The notes under the pieces are model-generated. The model saw only the letters and a program-made list of their open reading frames with translations. It did not search any database and was not told where the DNA came from. A stretch of DNA of 64,000 bases from Balanoglossus misakiensis (lineage: Eukaryota > Animalia > Hemichordata), in assembly GCA_040954595.2 (NCBI GenBank), contig CM082584.2, forward strand, positions 10,568,552 through 10,632,551, written 5' to 3'. Positions 55,501 to 64,000 of the stretch are shown here, in pieces (position 1 is the stretch's first letter; each line of letters begins with the position of its first letter). Position numbers and translations under genes: made by a program.

Positions 55501-55815
55501 AGTAATAGATAACGGAGACGATTTTTGGCATAATCGTGTGCAATTCGAAGCTTAAAATCAGCCACAATGCAACTTGTTTGATGCACCACCAATAAACCCT
55601 ACCCTGTCCCCGGAAAGTGGTTCCAGTCGAGCTGGTTGCAAGAAATTTACATTCCAGGTCACTTCTGTATACCAATAATCCCCAGTCTTTATACTACGCA
55701 CAGGCTTGGCCCATTGCACACACAGCTCGACCGTGTCAAAACTGACCCTGCACTTCAACTTGCACGCAAGAGGAGCCGCAACTTTAATTTAAGCCAATTC
55801 GTGCCCAAGGTTAAA

Positions 55816-56551
55816 ATGTCGAACGATCCTCAGCTCGAAATTAGCCACTCTGATAAAGACATCGATGTCAGAATTAAGGCCCCGGACAGCGCACATCTGG
55901 ATATGGAAGATCGGGACCCGACAAACATGAATGAATTCGTCAAGGTACGTGAGAGTGACACCCCTTTTACGAACAAGACTGACATTTCCCCCACACCCTC
56001 CCCATAAGCGCTTTATATTCATACGCATTCTGATGACACTGCGCAAATAGTTGACCGTGGAACTGATAGAATGGAAAACAAATGAATTATCACCCGAAAA
56101 ATTTATAGAATTTGTAAGAGTTGCGGGTTGGTTTGCACAGTTGACATAGGCCTACACTCGTCCCATGTGTGAACTCTTTACGTCCACCGACACACCACCA
56201 AGCTTATGTACATGCGTATGTGACACAATTACAGTTAATCTCTTACACTCTCGCTTCCTCGCATCTCGTAAATATGAGCGGTATTTTTCGTAAATGAAAG
56301 ACCTCATGAGTCTATCTATATGTTTCAGTTGCAAACCCGAGTTCGTGAATTGTCCTCAATAGCGATTTGGAAACATAAAAGTTGACCGATTTTTCGGAAT
56401 GCACAATAGACTCGTATGTCAAGGGACCGCAGTGTTTGAGCATTCTTTTGACTCTGCATTGTGTACTGAGCATTGTTTAAGTAAACACGTGTTCAATTTT
56501 ACGACAGTGGGTGTCAGGGACCAGCCTACTCCACAAGTGGCTGTGATTTCT

Positions 56552-56591
<40 letters not shown>

Positions 56592-59391
56592 TCGGATACC
56601 AACATGTACACCGTGACGGGCAAAAATCTTCGGGGATTTCTTTTGATTCAGTATTCGGACCGCGTCACATATTTCAGCTTAGACGCCCACCCACACGGTT
56701 GTAAAATATATTGACATTTCTAAGACATTGACAAGATAAGTCAAGCTTCGATAAGATACGATACATTTATTGCCCCGCGTAGAGAAATTACAAGCAAGCA
56801 AATAACACAATTTATCACCATGGTGCTCACGGGGAAAGGAGGTACTGACCGATCAAATGATCTAAAACTCGACCCTCGACCCTCAGTGACAAGAGGTTTC
56901 CATAAGATAACGCACAACAATGCATGTCCACGAATAAACACCGACTAAAACTTCCTCAACCTTTTCTTAGGAAAGAACACTGCGGAGGAAATACAGGACT
57001 TGTCAATTCTCATAGCCAGCTGAAACATTCCTGCGCCCGCAAAATGAAAATTAACATCTTTCATTGTGTAACATTGATCCGGATAAATCATCCGTAAAAC
57101 AATGGAATATTCATACAAATGAATGCATTATGAGTTTATTATCTAACTGCAGTGTCGTAATCAACCAAAACTGAACGGTAATATTATTTAAATGAAACGT
57201 GACGCGCATGTTCGAATGTTTCCCATACCTCTCCGCCCCAAGAGAGATATTACCAGTCACAATGTTACATGAATCTCATTACATACATGTAAATCAAAGT
57301 TTACATCATTGCTGATATGATATCGACCCCCGGGCCCCGTGGATATGCTGGTCGGCAATTTCGCCAAATATCCGGATCCGGCATCAGGTTACCGTCGATC
57401 GCACCAAGCACGATACACTTCTGTCAGCTTATACATTTTGGCCTATATTTGCAGGAAATTGTGATAAATACTATTTGAAGTTGAGGAATAATGAACTTAA
57501 TGAGGCAACACAGGCACAACCAAAAAGGCCTACGCATCAGTCCCACAATGCATTGCGCTAACTGCAGGTCACTGGGACGCATCATGATTACACTTGTTAG
57601 AACACGAAAAATTTCTCAACTTGAACGACCGTTTGCATTGTAGCCGGGAATATCTGGGAAAGGTTCGTTCGTGCCAGAGGGCTGGATGGAATCCACTGAA
57701 TTCACAATTCCCGGCCACGTGACAATTCTGGGAAATGCAGATTGTCCACTACGCTGTGTTTGTGTTGTGCTGAAAATGTTGTTTCTATTTTTGTATATAA
57801 AGAAAAGCACAGCTGTCAAAGTCCGTCCATTTATGATATATTAACCCGCATTATGAACGATGTTGCGTTCTTATTCTGTTTAATTAGCACCACGGCTTAC
57901 ACGGCAAAACTGGTGCAATATATTAATATATTTAGGCCTATGATTTGAATAATTTACTCCTTGAAAATATAGTGCATGTCCGACCTGCCTACCCTAAATT
58001 TGGAAAGCGTGTCATGCATTCCGTTCTGCAAACAATACATGTATTGATGACACGGTGTCATTTATTTATCCTGATACCATGGTAACTGTTTGGCTTCAAA
58101 GACATTCTGTTTGCTACCATTTTAGTCGAGTCGTGTAAAAGACAAACATCGCACGGTCTTTTCATCTCGAATGTTTGTGGCCACCGCTAAAATTACCATT
58201 CTCGATGTTTCGCATTATCACATCGACTTTTTGCATAATTTGACATTTGTTTCTGACAAACTGGTTTGAACTGGTTGGACGAACAATACTTTGCTATAGG
58301 TATTTAAATAAATACACTTTTGGACTAGTAATAGTCAGTTGGAATATCAAAAAAATACTCCCGTCGTCAGATAGGAGTGGTCAACGGCCCTCTAATAATG
58401 AATGCATTCAGAAACAGGCGTCAGAGGGCAGCTAACAAGACATGTTATTGGCAACAACCATACGAATCATAATTCAGATCCATTCGGATTTTGTTATATC
58501 ATGGGCGCATTGGACACCTCTGTCCTCTCATCCTTCACCTACGCACGTGGGACATCACCATGCACACCTTACGTCATCAAACCCGACTGGATTTCACGAG
58601 AATTTCACGAAGTTCACCGATCTCATTGTGAGTATTCTGTCATTGTGTTGTTATGTCTATCATATTCTCACAGGCACTTTCGTTCAAAAAACGCGATTTT
58701 ATGATTTATACCCACTCCTTTTCATTTCCTTGGTAATGTTTGTTGCACCAGTAATATCCACCAAGAAAAGTTTTGAGTGAAAAAAGACTGTATCAGACGT
58801 GTGGACTAATGTAACAGACTTGTGAACAGTAATATTTAAACGACAAACTTTTACACTTTCAGGTGAACTTCGACGATATTTTTGCCGAACCGGAAGGGAT
58901 CCACAGTTACGACGCCGTTTGGCGGTGGAGTTTCAAGTGCTTTGTTGGTTCCAAGTTCTGGTGCTACAGAATCTGCACACTCATCTGTGGAATTCCTTTT
59001 GCTTTCTGCTGGGGTGAGTTCAGTTTTCGGTGTTTCAGAAGAACATGTAGAATAGAAATGGCAAAATCTGTCAGAGAGCACTGATGCGCTCTAAACAAGA
59101 AACCGCTTTGTCGCATCATCGTCTAGCAACCAATTGATAAAGGCACATTATAAGGGCGAAAGATAGAAAGAATTCAACATTTCTTTTCGTTTCTCCCTCC
59201 TAGGTATCAACTTCGCCTGTTTGGCGTTCTGGCATATCTGGTATGTAGTGCCGTGTACAAAGGCCTATCTGATCGGCATCTACTGGTTCCAAAGACTCTG
59301 GGAGATCTTCATCAAGTGCTTCTGTGATCCGCAGTACGATTCGTGCAGTCGATTCTTCTCCAATATCAAAGTGTCTCTCACCAAGCAGTAG
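55816..59391 (+). CDS. Caveolin, isoform A (155 aa): exon 1 + cassette A
   Basis: Exons 55816-55944 (MSNDP...DRDPTNMNEFVK), 58863-59013 (VNFDDIFAEPEGIHSYDAVW...), 59204-59391 (...FSNIKVSLTKQ*). Caveolin signature FEDVIAEP-like. AATAAA at 59667. Confidence 0.93.
56547..56592. repeat. (TTTC)n microsatellite in caveolin intron 1
   Basis: Tandem TTTC units. Confidence 0.9.
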
Positions 59392-60070
59392 TTACTTAAT
59401 TATCCGGTAACTATGGCAGCGACCAGGAGGCTATGGCTTCTCCGGTTACCATCGAGACCACTCCGAAGATGCGTGTGTTCATTAGCTCCGTTATCAAACA
59501 GCTCAGATCGAAAAAAACACTGGGTACAAAGATGGGGATCGGAAGTATAGACTCTTCTTAAATAGGACAGACTTGGTGAACTTAATGACTTTCCCAGTGT
59601 TTCGTATGTACAGAAGTCTTGATGTAATGTAAACTTTCCAACTATGTATAAGTTTTATCCAACTTGAATAAAATCACTATCCTCGAAGAGATTGAGGCCA
59701 ATTTGACCACTTGTCTTGATCATCACCAGAAGATCGATGAACGATATCGCTGATCAGAAGTTGATCAGGAATTATCGAGCAAACTGCCAACTGCAAATAC
59801 TAGTACAGTTAGTTCAGGCCGACGACCCCCATCACTGGTAGTACGTGCCACTGGACACGTGCCACATAACTGAATAAAAACAAAAGCAGGGAGGAAGTTT
59901 AATCAGAGGGCGCGGTTTAGTTCCCCCGCACCCCTAGTGACACCCATAGACATAGTTCGTTTCCTACGATATATTTGCATGTAAAGATATATCTATTGTA
60001 TTCTTCATTTTACTTTAAAAATCTATCGGTCCATGCCTGTAAATTTCATAATTACTTTCTCTTTCATTAG

Positions 60071-61000
60071 GTGTCGTTCGAGGAAGTGTTTGCCGAGCCT
60101 GTTGGAATGCACAGTTTTGATGGCGTGTGGAAGTACGCTTTCATCACGTTTACCGGCGTGAAGTTCTGGTGTTACCGCTTGACCACACTGATATGCGGAA
60201 TTCCCTGTGCATTTTGCTGGGGTAAGCGATACACAACGTCACTTTCACGCTTCCCTATACACAGTTCTCGCTGGATCATGCTAATGTATACCGCGATTTT
60301 CCAACATCCCTTTCTGATGTTAATTTTTTCTTCACTCAAAAACAAACAGCCATTCCTCTCCCACTCATGACAAATAATACAAAGTAAATTACCGTACCGA
60401 AATAACTGATGCTTCAGAGTTCATCCAGGCATCACAGAGGAACTGGTCAGCAGCCCAAGGTGGAGGCGGTGTTCCTTCGCAAAGCAAACGTCGTCAGTAG
60501 AATTACATCTGCTCAAAAACGGCCGTTCGTTGCTTGACATCAAGTAGACGGGCGGCAGTACAACGTGGTGGCTCTTCTTCTTGGCCACTGTTAGGGGTAA
60601 TTTGCATATTATGTTGTATGCACCTGGAGTCCGTGCCAAATAGACAACATATGCATATGCAATGCGCATCGCAGTCTACGCTCACCTAACAGAGGTCATT
60701 CTATCATAATTCCGCCTGGAGAGACAATATCTCACATTTTATTCATGAAGGAGATACGTATTTATAACCTCTCCACCTATGATGTTATAAACTATTCCTT
60801 CTACCCCCATAGGTATAGAGTTCGCTTGCCTGACGTTCTGGCACATATGGTACGTGGTTCCTTGCACCAAGGCATGGCTGATCTCTATCCACTGGTTCCA
60901 GAAGCTGTGGCAGATCTGGATAGCCTGCTTCCTAGACCCCCTCTTCGATTCCATCAGTCGGATATTTTCAAATATCAAGGTGATAGTTCACAAGGAGTGA
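60071..61000 (+). CDS. Caveolin cassette B (duplicated exons 2 and 3), predicted to splice to shared exon 1 (55816-55944); 155 aa isoform
   Basis: Exons 60071-60221 (VSFEEVFAEPVGMHSFDGVW...) and 60813-61000 (...FSNIKVIVHKE*). Same lengths (151, 188 nt) and phases as cassette A, intact splice sites, no internal stops. Confidence 0.9.
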
Positions 61001-63799
61001 CACGACCGCAGCTGACAGTTTTTGCATTGATGATCACTATGCTCACCTGACGGCCTTTTTAGTTCATTTTTTTCAACACTACACATCGGAAACGTTTGGC
61101 TGACTTTGTTTTAACGACACATTTACTTCGTTATGGGTTGAGGAGAGAAAGATAATTTGTATTGGTATTTTGTGGAATTTTTCGATTTACAAATTCACGA
61201 TTTAACTTTGTAATGGTATAAAACAATCGCTGAAAAAAAATCTCATGCTATCTTGCAGCCCAATGCTGAGCAAGTTTCCATTTTTTGGTAGAATTTGGTA
61301 GAAAGTCACATAAAAAGGGTGTCATTGCATTTCTTGTACCAGTCATTTGAATTTTTAAAAACGTTTGTGAGCAGAGTTTTTAACATATGACTATGTATTG
61401 CATATATTAATTTAATCCAGGTTATCCAAACGTATTTTACTCTATCAATAAAATATACTGCCTTTTCCGTAAAAAAGATGTTGCTGTTTCCTTGCATTCA
61501 CTTAGTGGCAATGTACCCCCCCCCCTCCTCTCTGTGTGCTTGGATTTGCCTCAAAATCATATTCTTTATTGTCACCGACGATCCGTCCGCACTTATCATG
61601 GACGAAGGACCACCATCAGCCTCGTTTTCGCCCGAACTTTCTGAAGTGCGCCCTCTTTAGGGGATTGGTGTACAGTATTCAATGCACAGGTCCCTCAAGA
61701 TTGGTCGAAATTGTGACAAAACTTGCAATATTGTATTTCAGGCAATATGTGAGAGGTCGTTTCCTCTCGCCTAAAAACCCTCACATCCTGGTGTTTAAAA
61801 TTTACTATTTGCATGAAGTTAGGGGAGCTGAATTGCCACACACATTTTCATGAAAGAAAGAGAGATAACAGATGTGCATAGGGTTAAAAACTAATAAGAT
61901 TTATTCTTGCGATAAAATATTTTAAATAAAACCATACAAGGATTCTCCACAGGGAAGTGAAAACAGTTTAACTCACGACAGTCATCAGTGGGCAACATTA
62001 CCAGATGGAAGTGTCGGAAAAAACCAACCACAGCAAATGAAGGGGAAAAACACCAGTAACATGAACTTTGACCTATGAACTTTCAACTCAACTTCCACAG
62101 GTTACAAGCCCACTACAGGACTGCTCTCTCACATTCTGTAAATATTCTTTATACAGGATTTCAAAAAAAAGGAATCACTGAATATACATTTGATTGGATA
62201 CGGTGTTTAGGAAAGAATGTTTTCAACTGGTTTAAAGAATACATATGCGGACAAATCTTATCAACAATTTGAAAGTATTTGAAGTGACAAATCAGAGTAT
62301 ATTTTTTGTAAGAAAGTGGTTTCTGCTCGAACTCAATGCACTGCACTGGTCTAGAACCACCAACACGCTCAACAGATGTGCTTACTGACAGATACTGACT
62401 GCCTGAAAGACTTTACAACACATCGAGTTATTCACAAAGAAATTGATGCCGTCAGTGTTGATGAAGTACTTGGATTAAAACTGACAGTTGCTTAAATGAT
62501 TGTACACAGAAACAAACCCTATTCTCCACTGCTATTACCCTGAATTCACATCTCAGTTGTAAACTGGGATTTTAGAACAGTGCACATGTTATGGCATAAC
62601 AATCTGGACAGACACACACAGAGAACATGGCCGCCCTAGGGTTATTCAACACAGCAAGTCAATTTGTCTCTAGGAAATATCAGTGAACATGAATCTTGTT
62701 CGAAAGAAAATTTCAACTCTTCGTCAAGTGTCTGATGATTTTCTACATTGTTTCATACCTCGGGATCAAGCACTTAAATACGACAGCCACGGCAATGGGA
62801 AATATTAAGTATTTTCAATGGAGTTTTCCCCCATGTCGAAGTAACTCTCATTGCCATGGGATACAAATACATTTGAGACATCCTTGACAAGTCGTAGTGT
62901 GAAGAGAAAATGGCAGACACTTGGCCAAGAGTTGATTCTGTTGTAAATAACAATTCAAAGAATGACAGCAACATTGGAATTCCGGGTCAAACACTAACCA
63001 AACTTACTGGGATCAAATTCGGCAACATAATAAAGTTCATTCCTATCTTTCTTTTTTCAAATCCACAGCTATCTAGCTAGGACTCCACTTTGTACAAGAT
63101 ATGAACACGTGAATTTACTGACAGTAGAAACCATGACATGGTGGCATGGTGTTAGAGCGACTGACACGATAAACTAACCTACCAAGGTGGCACCTTGCTC
63201 ACTACTGTTTACAACCCATCTTCCGCAACAAACTGATAGCGACGGGGTTGTAAAGAGAACAAATTTCTACAATTATGAGGGTTTTTTAACACTAACACAT
63301 AAAATTGGCAAGAATTTAGTCATCCAACGAAACTATGTATAAAACATTTCGTTTTCACTCTTAGTTGAACCAACTATTTAAACAATTATAAATTACAGAA
63401 ATATATGCTTAAAAGTAATTTGTACAGTGTTCATTTTCTCCTAGATATGCTTCTCTTGCAGGTAACAAAACCTCCCCCATGTGTACTCATTAAATTGGAT
63501 GTGGTCATAATACAAAATACTGTGTCTTACAAATACCACACTTTTTGTTTTGTGATCATATTTTAACTAACAATGATGACAACTTCACACAAAAACATAC
63601 ATTATCTGTGACTGGATTTTGCAAGTGTTGAATGCAAGTAAAACTCACCCCTTTCTAGTTCTAGGCGTCTTAATTGCAATCAACACAGTTCCCAAGTACA
63701 ATACACAAATTACAGAAGAAGAAAAAAACAGTTATGTCTATGGAAGGCACACTGCATTATTGGTTACACTTTGAAACAAAGGTGAAATTACAAGTTATT

Positions 63800-63889
63800 C
63801 TAAGTATTTGAATCAAGTGTATCGTTCTTTCGTTTGAGGACAATCTCCTCGGAGGGACTCGGATCGGCAGAGACAAAGCTTGCACAGTC
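63800..63889 (-). CDS. Possible last coding exon of an unidentified gene extending past the right edge
   Basis: Acceptor TTTACACTTTGATTAG| then DCASFVSADPSPSEEIVLKRKNDTLDSNT* if phase 0. Followed by ~1.9 kb of U-rich minus-strand sequence ending at AATAAA (61905-61900). Frame and identity uncertain. Confidence 0.3.
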   Translation of the reverse strand, partial: DCASFVSADPSPSEEIVLKRKNDTLDSNT

Positions 63890-64000
63890 CTAATCAAAGT
63901 GTAAATGCTCTCTGTATTCTAGTCTACGACCGTGTTTTTGCATAGCTTGTTTTTCAGAACCCCCCAAAAGGACACCCTCGCCACCCTCCACGTTTTCGCA

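Noticed and set aside
59392-60070. Separate first exon or promoter for a second caveolin gene
   Set aside because: I found no ATG-initiated DRDP-like segment with a phase-0 donor; the region reads as 3' UTR with AATAAA followed by intron. A highly diverged exon cannot be fully excluded without transcripts.

Overview
This is animal (invertebrate-like, AT-rich, intron-rich) nuclear DNA. Positions 1 to ~16.6 kb are the edge of a tandem satellite array of ~190 copies of an 87-bp monomer, and all ORFs listed there are artefacts of the repeat. Four spliced genes follow, which I rebuilt by hand from GT-AG junctions and reading frame. (1) Rab3 on the minus strand is 220 aa, has an extra upstream 24-nt coding exon resembling the vertebrate RAB3C N-terminus, and has a likely poly(A) site only ~70 bp from the satellite. 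(2) TXNDC12/ERp18 on the minus strand is 162 aa with a CGAC active site and ADEL tail, and carries a tRNA-Cys(GCA) in its last intron. (3) A Patched-domain/NPC1-like gene on the plus strand, divergent from TXNDC12, appears to lack the exons for TM2-TM4 and has two alternative C-termini. (4) A caveolin gene on the plus strand has one first exon followed by two complete, diverged exon2+exon3 cassettes, so one locus may encode two different caveolins. A possible last exon and 3' UTR of another minus-strand gene lie at the right end. Comparisons with human genes are from memory, not from searches.
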